Shown: piece by piece, positions 20,323 through 29,587 of the stretch
Numbering within the stretch: the first letter of the stretch is position 1
How the letters are laid out: each line of letters begins with the position of its first letter
DNA from: a virus
Virus record (IMG/VR): IMGVR_UViG_3300009448_000011
Coordinates: 32,001-96,000 of that record
Reading direction: 5' to 3' (one strand)
DNA: 64,000 nucleotides
Made by a program: the position numbers and the translations under genes
The notes under the pieces: generated by a model
Told to the model about the DNA's origin: nothing
Database searches by the model: none
Seen by the model: the letters and a program-made list of their open reading frames with translations, nothing else

Positions 20323-21150
20323 TTAATTTAGATTAAATAAATTACGAACAGTAGAAACAGTTAAGTTTGAATAATTATGTACTACATAATCAAAAATAAA
20401 TACAGCTTCTTGTATTCTTATTTTTCCTTTATAGAACGCATCTTTAAAAATCATGTAATATAAAAGTAATTGAGGAGCATAAGTTTCGAGACTTTTAAAA
20501 ACCTGAGAATTATTATGAGGGCCTCGTATAAAAAGTAGAAACAAATCAGTTGTGTTTATATGTAATAAATACTTTTTAGAATCAGTGGCATACATATTTA
20601 ATAAATAAGTTTTAGAAGCATCGCTTGTTTTATTATATAGAAAATCCAAATCTGGAATAGAAAATTTTTTATTACCTCGTTCTTGATAAAGAAAAAATAA
20701 ATAACGAACTTCATTTTTCCATTTAGTAGGATTAGAGTTAAATTTTTTTATACAATATTCTGACCAAAAATAAGGCCAAGCATCTATATCTAAAATAGAA
20801 GACACACATAAAATTTCATGTTGATATTGCAGAGGACATAAAGAAAATTCTGTTACCCCTTCTAACTCTAAAAATCGTTTATATACCTTAGTATTTTTAA
20901 TTATTAAATACGTTTTATTATTCTTATTTTGCCTATACTCTTTTTTTAATATTTCTTCTCCTTCATAATTAACAATATAAATAGTCATATTAAGTTCTCC
21001 TAAAGAATCATAAGAAACACTATTAAGGAGAGTATTAGAAATATGTAGTAGAGAATTAGTAGTAGAAAAAGAGAGTAATTTTTGTTCTACATTAGTATTA
21101 AGAATATGATATTTTACAAGATTAAAAGGAGAATTACTAATTATTAACAT
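20323..21150 (-). CDS. Hypothetical protein, possible clamp-loader accessory subunit
   Basis: Overlaps the DnaX-like gene; function inferred from position only. Confidence 0.4.
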   Translation of the reverse strand: MLIISNSPFNLVKYHILNTNVEQKLLSFSTTNSLLHISNTLLNSVSYDSLGELNMTIYIVNYEGEEILKKEYRQNKNNKTYLIIKNTKVYKRFLELEGVTEFSLCPLQYQHEILCVSSILDIDAWPYFWSEYCIKKFNSNPTKWKNEVRYLFFLYQERGNKKFSIPDLDFLYNKTSDASKTYLLNMYATDSKKYLLHINTTDLFLLFIRGPHNNSQVFKSLETYAPQLLLYYMIFKDAFYKGKIRIQEAVFIFDYVVHNYSNLTVSTVRNLFNLN

Positions 21151-22381
21151 AATACTTTAGATATTCCGACCAAGTAGTAAAAGAAAAATTAGCCATTTTA
21201 ATTGGCTTTGAAGTTAAAGGTTTTCCAACCAATTTTTCTAATTGAGAAGTAACTAGTTTACTAACTTTTACTACATTTAAACTTTGAGGTGGAGATTGAG
21301 ATTGAGATTGATTTAAAGATTGAGATTGAGATTGAGATTGAGATTGAGATGAAAGAGATAATAAACATTTACCTTGATAAAGTTTAAAAATAGAAACAAC
21401 AGGAATTTTATAAGAAGATTGAAGCCAAAAAGACAAAGAACTAAGAAAGTGAATACCTTCGAGATTCAAATTTTGAGAAACCAAAAAGGATAAAAAATAA
21501 GAAATAGCAACTTCTTCATTAGTTAAAATAGTTTTAAAAAAAGAAGAGGTATTATCCCAAGAGTTAGATTGAAGACTAAGAAGTAAAGAGTGACAAGATT
21601 CAAGATTCAAGCCGCCTAATTTTTCAGAAGAAATATGAGAAGGAGTTAAGAGAGAAAGAGAGCCTTCAGATTTAGTAATAAAATACTGTAAAGTTTGCCA
21701 AGCTTTTCTAACATTACCGTTAGACAAATAGGCGATTAAATCAGCACAAGAAGGATGAAGATCCGAATAAAAAAATTGAAGTTTAGAACTAATAGAAGAA
21801 GAAGAAATAGGAGATAAAGAAAGTTCAATACAGCGACTTTCGATAGCCTCTCTAACGATAGAATCCATTTTATCTAAATCCATAGAAATCAAAATAACGG
21901 TAACATTATCAAGAGCAAATTCTAAGGAATCAAGAAAGGGGCTAATAGATTGACGAGAAGCAGATTGAACTTCATCAATAATAATAAATCTACGATTATT
22001 ATCATGTCTAACATTATCATGAGTTAAAACTGTAGTAGATTTAGTAAGACTAATTAAATCAGAAACAGCTTCCTTAAACACTGAAGCTTCTGTAATAGAA
22101 TAATAAGTAATATTAGGATGTTGATTTTTATGTATGGTTTTAGAACAAGAAGAACAGTGATTACAAGGTTGAAAATCGTGTTCTAAACGTTGTTCACAAA
22201 GAGTAGCTTTAACATAGAGTTGAGCAATAGTAGTTTTACCTGAGCCACTACCGCCACTAATAATCAAGCCACTAGGATGTTTATTAGTTTTAATAACAGA
22301 TTTCAAATAATTAGCGGCGCCATCTTGTTCTAGATATTCATCCCAAGTAGAGGGACGATAGTCATTAATAGAGTTAGTCAT
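21137..22381 (-). CDS. dnaX: DNA polymerase III gamma/tau-like clamp loader
   Basis: YRPSTWDE, GGSGSGKTT, C..PCNHCSSC, IIDEVQ, ESRC, GNVRKA. Confidence 0.85.
   Translation of the reverse strand: MTNSINDYRPSTWDEYLEQDGAANYLKSVIKTNKHPSGLIISGGSGSGKTTIAQLYVKATLCEQRLEHDFQPCNHCSSCSKTIHKNQHPNITYYSITEASVFKEAVSDLISLTKSTTVLTHDNVRHDNNRRFIIIDEVQSASRQSISPFLDSLEFALDNVTVILISMDLDKMDSIVREAIESRCIELSLSPISSSSISSKLQFFYSDLHPSCADLIAYLSNGNVRKAWQTLQYFITKSEGSLSLLTPSHISSEKLGGLNLESCHSLLLSLQSNSWDNTSSFFKTILTNEEVAISYFLSFLVSQNLNLEGIHFLSSLSFWLQSSYKIPVVSIFKLYQGKCLLSLSSQSQSQSQSQSLNQSQSQSPPQSLNVVKVSKLVTSQLEKLVGKPLTSKPIKMANFSFTTWSEYLKYYVNN
21293..21349. repeat. GAGATT hexamer tandem repeat (SQ linker in DnaX)
   Basis: Imperfect (gagatt)n. 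Confidence 0.8.
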
Positions 22382-23178
22382 AAAGTTTCTTTTAAACCCA
22401 TTACATTATTATAATTTGTAACAACCAATTTTTTAATTAAGATCATATCTTGATTCCAATGCCAAGTAGGAGAGCCCACAATAACAGGTTTAATAGGTTT
22501 AGTAGATTGAACAGAGAGTTTACCTTTTAGATTTAGGCTACTAGAAGAAATGTCCATAGCAGTATAGCGAGAGATGTCGAGAGGATTAAAAGTAATTAAA
22601 GTAGGGTGAGTAGAATTATAAGTAAAGACGGTACGACGACTAGAATAGAGTTTTTGATTGGGATGTAATAATTTAGCAGCTTCAGTGCCACAAAGTAAAA
22701 TAGGGCAAGTAGGATTATATTTAGAAATAACATTTATTTCTTTTTCGAGCCATTTTATTTTACAAGAGCGAATATAGTGATCTTTAATATCAACTTTATC
22801 GCCTCTAGAATCAAAAGGACTGCATTTAAGTATATTAGTAAAAGCAATTTTATCATAGAAAGGTTTTAAAGTTTGTGGAAAATGAACATCCCAATCAAAA
22901 TGAAAGATAGTAGAATATTGAAAAAAGCGGCCGGCATTAGGCTTATCTATAGATTCTGTTTTAAGATTAGGAGCAAAACTAAAACCCTTTTTAAGTTCTT
23001 CTCGAGAAGGAAAAGGAGCAATAATAATTAAATTAACATTAGAAAGGCCGCCAAAAGTATGACCACCGATTGCGGAGCCACAAGAAAGAGCACAATTATT
23101 ACAATTAGAATCAAAATCTGGTAATAGTCTATAAACTCTTTTAGAAGGAGGAGAAGAAGGCAAGTGACCTTTAAGCAT
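22378..23178 (-). CDS. Uracil-DNA glycosylase family-4-like protein with altered motifs
   Basis: CNNCAL, TNILKCSP, CKIKWLEKEI, LLCGTEA; GEAPG is replaced by APFPS and HPA by NPL. Confidence 0.65.
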   Translation of the reverse strand: MLKGHLPSSPPSKRVYRLLPDFDSNCNNCALSCGSAIGGHTFGGLSNVNLIIIAPFPSREELKKGFSFAPNLKTESIDKPNAGRFFQYSTIFHFDWDVHFPQTLKPFYDKIAFTNILKCSPFDSRGDKVDIKDHYIRSCKIKWLEKEINVISKYNPTCPILLCGTEAAKLLHPNQKLYSSRRTVFTYNSTHPTLITFNPLDISRYTAMDISSSSLNLKGKLSVQSTKPIKPVIVGSPTWHWNQDMILIKKLVVTNYNNVMGLKETL

Positions 23179-23189
23179 AAATAATAGAA

Positions 23190-23579
23190 TCAGACATATT
23201 GTTTAAAAACAGAGGAATTTACTTCAAACAAATCAATAAAAGAAGTTTGTAAGACAACTAAATTAGCAATAGGAAAAAGAGGGTCAAGAGTAAGAGGTTG
23301 TGTAGATAGCAAAGAGAGAGACAAAGAAGTAGATTGTTTAGGGGCAACAACTTGACAAGAATCGACAATAGAACAAAGAGGTAAAAGAGGTAAAAGAGTA
23401 TATAACAAAGTAATAGGGGATTCACTATAAAGAAGAACGCCTAAATCTAAAGTAGTAATTAAATTTGGAGATAAAGTAAGAGAAAAAGGAGAATAGACTT
23501 TATAGCCAGTAGGCAGACAAAATTCTAACTGACTATTATGGCTAGAAATTGTTTTAGTAAAAATTATTTTATTTATCAT
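23190..23579 (-). CDS. Degenerate dUTPase-like protein (start probably 23579)
   Basis: TGYKVYSP..LTLSP...LDLGV...IVDS...PIANLVV follows the dUTPase layout, but the RSG and YRGE motifs are missing. Confidence 0.45.
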   Translation of the reverse strand: MINKIIFTKTISSHNSQLEFCLPTGYKVYSPFSLTLSPNLITTLDLGVLLYSESPITLLYTLLPLLPLCSIVDSCQVVAPKQSTSLSLSLLSTQPLTLDPLFPIANLVVLQTSFIDLFEVNSSVFKQYV

Positions 23580-23592
23580 AGTTGTAAAAGAA

Positions 23593-24195
23593 TCACAAAA
23601 ATTTAAGAGACATATTAAAAATAAGTTTGGATTGTTGAAAAGGAAGATTAAGCAACAATTCTTTAAACAAATCGGCCCCAAAGTTTTGACTAGTGGCCTT
23701 AATAGATCTGATGAGAAGTTCACAAAAGTTCCCAACGCCAAACAAATTAACGCGATCAATATCAAATTTAACTTCTGCGTTATGGTAGTAGGCACTAGTA
23801 GAACAGCAAACAGAAGTAATATCAGCGATAACTTTGTTATTTGTGGGGGTAGTATACCAAAGATTGGAAATATGATTATCAGAAGGATTGTGATTTAAGT
23901 GATGAACTTCCACAGAACCTTTCAAAATCTTATGACCAAAATAGAGTTTTTTCCAACCTTTCCAGACATATAGAACTACTTGATGCATGCCCACAATTTG
24001 TTTTTTCTTGTTTGAGGCATGTAGTTTAAAGAAACAAGCATTTTTCAACAATTTAAACAAGGCTGGATTTTGGGTTTGAGTTAAAAACTTATAGCCATTT
24101 TTGTTAACAAAAAACCTAGCAGAAGGCAACAAAGTTTTAATTTTCTCTAATTTAACTTTGAGACTTTTTATACTTTGATTGTTAAATTGTTCCAT
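23593..24195 (-). CDS. HNH endonuclease (free-standing)
   Basis: MHQVV...EVHHLNHNPSDNHISNL. Confidence 0.8.
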   Translation of the reverse strand: MEQFNNQSIKSLKVKLEKIKTLLPSARFFVNKNGYKFLTQTQNPALFKLLKNACFFKLHASNKKKQIVGMHQVVLYVWKGWKKLYFGHKILKGSVEVHHLNHNPSDNHISNLWYTTPTNNKVIADITSVCCSTSAYYHNAEVKFDIDRVNLFGVGNFCELLIRSIKATSQNFGADLFKELLLNLPFQQSKLIFNMSLKFL

Positions 24196-24567
24196 GATTT
24201 TTTATTATTTTTATTATTTTAATTATTTTAATTAAAAAATAAAAGCAATCAGAAATAGATCTAATTGCTTTTAAAGTAGTATTAAGTGCGCCTTTAACTG
24301 TATTTTAATAATTCGGATAGTCACAGTAAAACTATCTATGCTTTCCTACTGCACAACCATTTAAACAAAACTTTTAAAAAAAGTAAAATCTAAGGGGCTC
24401 TGGACTAGGTGATGGGTGCCTATCCCTTCTGATGATTAAAGTCGAGTCTTCTAGACAGATATTTAATTTTAAGGTAACAAGTAAAGGCTAAGATTAATAT
24501 CTATACTCCTAATCAGGACAATATAGATATTAATCTTAGAAATATTATAACATAAAATTACTTAAAA

Positions 24568-25740
24568 TTAACAATTAGCCTCATAAATAATAACATCACT
24601 AGAGACGTCATCTTGTTTATGAGAACACAAATGAATAACTTTAATAGGAGTTGAGTTTTTAACATCAATTTTTTTAATATTAATTTGAACAGTATCAAGA
24701 GGAAGAATTTTATGTTTAGGGCCACCCATAGCGCGAAGAGCTTTAATAATATGGCCAACAGAAAGATTAATTTTCTCAAAAATACCTTGAGTAGAAACTT
24801 TCAAAGAAGAAGGAATAATAATATTACTTTTACTACTATCAATTTTAATATGAAATTGGGAGAGTTCGAGATCAACTTCAAAGTTAATAATATTAGTTTC
24901 AGTAGAATCATAACTTTGCCATTTAATACTTTCAGTAATATCTTCATATTCGACTTGAATAAAGGAATTACAAGGTTGAGAAATAATAGTATCAACTTTA
25001 AGAACAATATTATTAGGAGAATTATCAACTATAAAACACATTTCGCCTTCATTAGAATAAAACTTAAGAGAGTTAAGAGAAGAGCTAAAAGAAAGCATTA
25101 CCTGATCGCCGAGGAGAGGAATAATACGAAGAAGAGCGGGTCTAATAGCGCCTTTAAAATGGCCAGTACTATTAGTAGAAGTAATAGATTTATAGCGAAT
25201 ATAGCTAGTTTCAGTAAATTGAACATACATAAAGATAGTAGAAGAATTAGTAGTAACAAATATTTCTCTATCATTATAAGAATTAGCACAAGCAATAGGA
25301 ATCAAGTCCAAGAAATAAGAAAGAGAGGGACAAATATCGACATAAGAAAGAGGATCAAATAATTTATCAGAAAGAAGACTATCTTGACTAAAATATTGAT
25401 TATCAACAATAGAGCCAAAAGGTTTCATTTCATAATGTAAAAGATTATTATTACTAGAGATTTCCAAGCCATATTTAGGATTAAGCTTAGCAGTCATTGC
25501 TTTTAATTTATTAGAGAGAACAATTTGGCGACCTTCTTCAACAATATCAACTAAAAGTTTCAATTTAACAGAATGACTAGTCAAATCAACAGTAGTAATT
25601 TCGAGAGTCCCTTCCGCTTTATTTGTTTTTAACTCAATACATTGTTCCACACTATTAAGTTGTTTTCTTATACTAGGAATCGAGCAAATAGCATTAATGA
25701 TTTTTTTATAATCAGCTATATTTTCTATTCTAACTTTCAT
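24568..25740 (-). CDS. dnaN: Beta sliding clamp-like protein
   Basis: 390 aa; LEITTVDL...IVEEG..IV...L pattern of the DnaN N-terminal domain; near dnaX. Confidence 0.6.
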   Translation of the reverse strand: MKVRIENIADYKKIINAICSIPSIRKQLNSVEQCIELKTNKAEGTLEITTVDLTSHSVKLKLLVDIVEEGRQIVLSNKLKAMTAKLNPKYGLEISSNNNLLHYEMKPFGSIVDNQYFSQDSLLSDKLFDPLSYVDICPSLSYFLDLIPIACANSYNDREIFVTTNSSTIFMYVQFTETSYIRYKSITSTNSTGHFKGAIRPALLRIIPLLGDQVMLSFSSSLNSLKFYSNEGEMCFIVDNSPNNIVLKVDTIISQPCNSFIQVEYEDITESIKWQSYDSTETNIINFEVDLELSQFHIKIDSSKSNIIIPSSLKVSTQGIFEKINLSVGHIIKALRAMGGPKHKILPLDTVQINIKKIDVKNSTPIKVIHLCSHKQDDVSSDVIIYEANC

Positions 25741-25780
25741 AATATTATTTATATTCTTTATTATTAATAATCAATTACAT

Positions 25781-25810
25781 TTGACATACTAAGTTATGGT
25801 ATGTTATACT
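25781..25810 (+). promoter_or_regulatory. Sigma70-type promoter of cassette copy 1
   Basis: TTGACA-N18-TATACT with TG extended -10. Confidence 0.75.
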
Positions 25811-25834
25811 TTAAAAAAGGAAAAAGAGAATAGA

Positions 25835-26419
25835 ATGAATTTAGAAACTTGTCAAAACTTAAGCTTGATAATAGAAAAAGACCAAACAATTGAAGTAATT
25901 GAAATTTGGGCAAAAGTATTATATATAAGAAGAAGCAAAGGAAGAAATTCATTTTATTCGAAGAAAGGAATAACAAAAGAAACAGAAGGAATATTTTGTA
26001 ATAACTTAAAAGTTTCAGAAAATTATAAAAGCCTTTTTAAAAAATACCACCCCGATTTAAACAAAGGAAAAGAAAGTTATGTTGACATTTCAAAAAACAT
26101 TAATAGATGGAAAAACTTATTACTTGAGAGTGGACAAAGAGAGTTTGATCAACAATTATATACAGAGCTTATTGAGTTTTGTGGACCACTCACATCCATT
26201 TTCACTATTGGAACCAGAGCAAGTTTTATCGCAAAACAAACGTGCGGATCTATCAACATCCCTCAATTTAGTTCTGAACAGGAATTTGTTGAGTGGAAAG
26301 CAGCGCCAAAGCAAGTTGCTTCCAGGCAAGCGTTCCTTGATAGCCAACTTACTAGAGCTCAAATCATCAAAAAGTACGGTAAATCCTACTATGATTATGA
26401 AAGAGATCTTCCTTTTTAA
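25835..26419 (+). CDS. Cassette copy 1 ORF A (J-domain-like HPD protein)
   Basis: Start moved to the ATG at 25835 by alignment with the other copies; YKSLFKKYHPDLNKG; ends ERDLPF. Confidence 0.75.
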   Translation: MNLETCQNLSLIIEKDQTIEVIEIWAKVLYIRRSKGRNSFYSKKGITKETEGIFCNNLKVSENYKSLFKKYHPDLNKGKESYVDISKNINRWKNLLLESGQREFDQQLYTELIEFCGPLTSIFTIGTRASFIAKQTCGSINIPQFSSEQEFVEWKAAPKQVASRQAFLDSQLTRAQIIKKYGKSYYDYERDLPF

Positions 26420-26825
26420 TCCTGACCAGGACACTATAATACGTCCTTACGGATTAGAAAAAAATCAAATGTATAGTAATTATATGCCAACGGGCAAAGA
26501 AAGCAAAAATTATTTAAGGAGTTACATTAATAAAGCAGAATCTTTAGGGATCAAAGTCAAAGCTTTCAATTTTAACATTTGCGGTCCTGTTGTCACACAA
26601 GAAGCTATTGAATTCGCCAATTACATGAATATTGCAATTAAAGAATTAAATGGAGTGAAAATACAAATCAATGTATTCACTTTGGAACAATTAATCAAAG
26701 AATTAATGACAAATATAAATGGAAACAAATGGTTCATCACTTCGCAAGTTCCAAGTATATGCTGGGGAAAAGATCAGGTACAATATTTAATTTCAGAAAA
26801 AAAAGCTATATTAACAGAAAGTTAA
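26079..26825 (+). CDS. Cassette copy 1 ORF B (PD-(D/E)xK endonuclease), +1 frame overlap
   Basis: KRADLST...LLELK; homologous to three other copies. Confidence 0.75.
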   Translation: MLTFQKTLIDGKTYYLRVDKESLINNYIQSLLSFVDHSHPFSLLEPEQVLSQNKRADLSTSLNLVLNRNLLSGKQRQSKLLPGKRSLIANLLELKSSKSTVNPTMIMKEIFLFNPDQDTIIRPYGLEKNQMYSNYMPTGKESKNYLRSYINKAESLGIKVKAFNFNICGPVVTQEAIEFANYMNIAIKELNGVKIQINVFTLEQLIKELMTNINGNKWFITSQVPSICWGKDQVQYLISEKKAILTES

Positions 26826-27383
26826 CGTTCTGATTCATCTATTCCTTCAGACTTATCAATTTTATTCATTTCGCCCCAAAGACCATCTAAATTTTCTTCA
26901 TCAGAACCCTCATTGTTCTGATGATTCTTTTTTTTTCTCAACCTTACTAAAGTCTTCAGTTACAGTATTAAAAATTTTAATAATAGCTTGTTTTTCTTGT
27001 AGAAACTTCATTAAGGCACTTGTTAGTGAAGTATTACATTCACTAACAACATGCATAGAATATTCAAGATAAAGATCATCAGGGTTCAAAGAACTAAGAG
27101 AAAGAATACCTTCAAGACCAGGCTGAACACTCATAATAATATTAATCAAAAAATCGGGGCTTATAAAAAGAGGAACTTCTATAGGCAAAACAATACGAAT
27201 TAAATGATTAGATAAAGGATAAATTTGAGAAAAACCGTACGAAGTTTCTCCTTCAATTAACCACCCTTTATCTTCTAAAAATTTAACATTACAAAATTCT
27301 AAATATTGAAATAATATTTTATTATTACGAATAGAAAGCATATATTCGTAAGGATTAAAATTAGGATTAGGAGTAGAAAGCAT
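26822..27383 (-). CDS. Hypothetical protein, probably frameshifted at an A9 run
   Basis: ORF 26910..27383; removing one A at 26928-26936 extends it with an acidic tail to a TAA at 26822-26824. Confidence 0.45.
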
Positions 27384-27406
27384 ATATTCGTAAGGATTAA
27401 AATTAG
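27332..27406. repeat. 33-bp direct repeat (42-bp period)
   Basis: tagaaagcatatattcgtaaggattaaaattag at 27332 and 27374. Confidence 0.85.
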
Positions 27407-27422
27407 TTTTAAAAAAATTGAC

Positions 27423-28993
27423 TTTTTGTTATTTTGATTTACCTAAAATAGCAGAATGCCCCCATCAGAACGGTACTCCGTTTGGTGGCGGGATGAATGC
27501 GAGTGAGGCGACGATTGCCTGTCCTCCTTCCGAGATCTACCGATTGTCGGGATTGTCGGACAGGCATAAGGAGACGAACAAATTCATTGCTTATTCAATG
27601 TTTTATCTGAGTTTTTCTGGATAAAATTATGCTATCATAGTTTCATGATAGTTAGAGAAGCCAAGCTAAAATACGGTACAGCAGAGCAATATTCTGCCAT
27701 TGATAAAGCCATCCGAACAGCACAGTTCATTCGGAACAAAGCCGTTCGCTATTGGATGGACAATCAAGGTACGAGTAAAGCCGATCTGTACAGTATCTGC
27801 AAAGACTTGGCTAAAGAGTTTGACTTTGCTAAAAAGCTTAACTCCGCTGCTCGTCAGGCTAGTGCTGAACGTGCTTGGGTTGCTATCTCTAGCTTCTACA
27901 CCCGATGCAAAAAGCGGCTCACTCCAGTTGGGTCTCCCAACCATGGAAGTAAGACAAAACAAGGCGTAGGCAAGAAAGGTTTTCCAAAGTTTAAGAAACA
28001 TTGTCGTTCTGTTGAGTATAAGGTTTCAGGATGGAAACTATCGAAAGATTGCAAATCGATCGCATTCACTGATGGTTTTGAGATTGGAACATTATCGATA
28101 TTTTGCAACAATGAAACTCAAGAAGACTTGCATAGGCTGAAAATTAATCGTGTGCGGATCGTGCGGAGAGCAGACGGGTATTATGCCCAATTCTGTTTTG
28201 ATGCAGATCGTAAAGAGCAAGGGGAATATTCAGGCAATGTTGTCGGATTGGATTTAGGGTTGAAGTTTTTCACCAAAGACCAAAACGATAATGCTGTAAT
28301 ATATCCACAGTTCTTGAGAAAGGCCCAGATGCAACTCAAGAAAACTCAACGTCGATTAAGCAAGAAATTTGTGAAGGGTGCCAAACCCCAATCAAACAAC
28401 TACCACAAGGCGCAAAAACAACTAGGAAGAATTCATCTCAAAATTCAACGCCAGCGAAAAGATTGGGCGATAAAAGCCGCCCGAAACGTAGTGATATCTA
28501 ACGATGTCGTGGTGTATGAAAATTTGAAGATTGCGAACATGGTCAAAAATCATCATTTGGCTAAGTCAATTTCCGATGCTGGTTGGTATCAATACACTCA
28601 ATGGCTGGACTACTATGGCAAGATTTGGGATAAAGCAGTTGTGGCAGTATCGCCAAACTATACGTCTCAAGATTGCTCTAATTGCGGTCATCGAGTGAAA
28701 AAGTCTCTTAGTACCAGAACGCACTCATGCCCCAACTGCAAAATTGAAATTTGTCGCGATACGAATGCGGCTTTGAATATCTTGCACAAGGGATTGAACA
28801 TTCTTGGTGTTGAGTGGGACAAAAACAGTACTTCTGGGCAAGAAGGATCTGCCTCTGAGAATGAGGGAAAGCGCGGGGAGAGATGTACCTCTACAGTCGA
28901 TGAGTAATTAAAGACTGCAAGTAATTCTCTGTGAACCGCGAATAAGAATCCCCCGCTATATCGGTACTTCGATTAGCGGCGGGAGTATGTCAA
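27423..28993 (+). mobile_element. IS200/IS605-family (IS1341-like, tnpB only) element
   Basis: Higher GC; related subterminal hairpins gaatgcccccatcagaacggtactccgtttggtggcggg and gaatcccccgctatatcggtacttcgattagcggcggg; right end ...gtatgTCAA; left boundary approximate (TTGAC at 27418 or TTGAT at 27434). Confidence 0.8.
27645..28907 (+). CDS. tnpB: TnpB RNA-guided endonuclease
   Basis: RuvC GLDLG, VVYENL, RDTNAA; zinc ribbon CSNC...CPNC. Confidence 0.95.
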   Translation: MIVREAKLKYGTAEQYSAIDKAIRTAQFIRNKAVRYWMDNQGTSKADLYSICKDLAKEFDFAKKLNSAARQASAERAWVAISSFYTRCKKRLTPVGSPNHGSKTKQGVGKKGFPKFKKHCRSVEYKVSGWKLSKDCKSIAFTDGFEIGTLSIFCNNETQEDLHRLKINRVRIVRRADGYYAQFCFDADRKEQGEYSGNVVGLDLGLKFFTKDQNDNAVIYPQFLRKAQMQLKKTQRRLSKKFVKGAKPQSNNYHKAQKQLGRIHLKIQRQRKDWAIKAARNVVISNDVVVYENLKIANMVKNHHLAKSISDAGWYQYTQWLDYYGKIWDKAVVAVSPNYTSQDCSNCGHRVKKSLSTRTHSCPNCKIEICRDTNAALNILHKGLNILGVEWDKNSTSGQEGSASENEGKRGERCTSTVDE

Positions 28994-29036
28994 AAAAAGT
29001 CAATGAAAAAAGTAAAAAAATTAATAGTTAAAAAAA

Positions 29037-29459
29037 TTAATAGTTAAAAATATCTATAGTTGTATTATTGTTAGTTCGTTTAAAGATATAACTATTATTT
29101 TGATAGAGGGTGTATTCTTTTAATTGAATACCAGGAGTGATCAAGTCATAATCAAAAGCAACAATAGCATAGCCAGTGCCATCATTAATAGTCCAGGTTA
29201 TATAGAACTTACTTTTCAAATATTGATCATAGCTAGTATCCATGTCGTAGTAGATACCGTAGGGGGTAGTATTTTCCAGGTAAATTTGGCTAGAAGAAGT
29301 AGCACAATAATTCGATTCTGTCAAACCCAACCACATATTATCGGGAGAACAAGTATTTTGAGAATTTGGCTCGGTTAATTGAAGTTCTGCAGAGGCAGAA
29401 GAACCGCTGATCAAAATACTTAAAATAACTACAATGCCGATTTTCAAATTATTAAACAT
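29037..29459 (-). CDS. Secreted/periplasmic hypothetical protein
   Basis: N-terminal signal peptide ending ASA. Confidence 0.55.
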   Translation of the reverse strand: MFNNLKIGIVVILSILISGSSASAELQLTEPNSQNTCSPDNMWLGLTESNYCATSSSQIYLENTTPYGIYYDMDTSYDQYLKSKFYITWTINDGTGYAIVAFDYDLITPGIQLKEYTLYQNNSYIFKRTNNNTTIDIFNY

Positions 29460-29587
29460 TATTTTTTTTATAGTAAATAGTGAATATTAAATAAATTACA
29501 TATTTTCAATTAAAGCAGCAAAATGTCCTCCTTCGGACTAGTATTCCAGTTAAAGGAGGGTAAGGAAGTAATGTTAACAATTTTTTT

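Noticed and set aside
23580-23795. N-terminal 72 aa of ORF 23190..23795
   Set aside because: Overlaps the HNH gene; the ATG at 23579 is a better start.
24685-25362. 225-aa + strand ORF and similar antisense ORFs (2795..3388, 11076..11399, 27666..28001, 32399..32662)
   Set aside because: Shadows of real genes with low-complexity translations; unlike the cassette ORFs they have no promoter or paralog support.
25741-26910. Group I intron around cassette copy 1
   Set aside because: Flanks are an intact gene start and a convergent gene end; no ribozyme core is visible.
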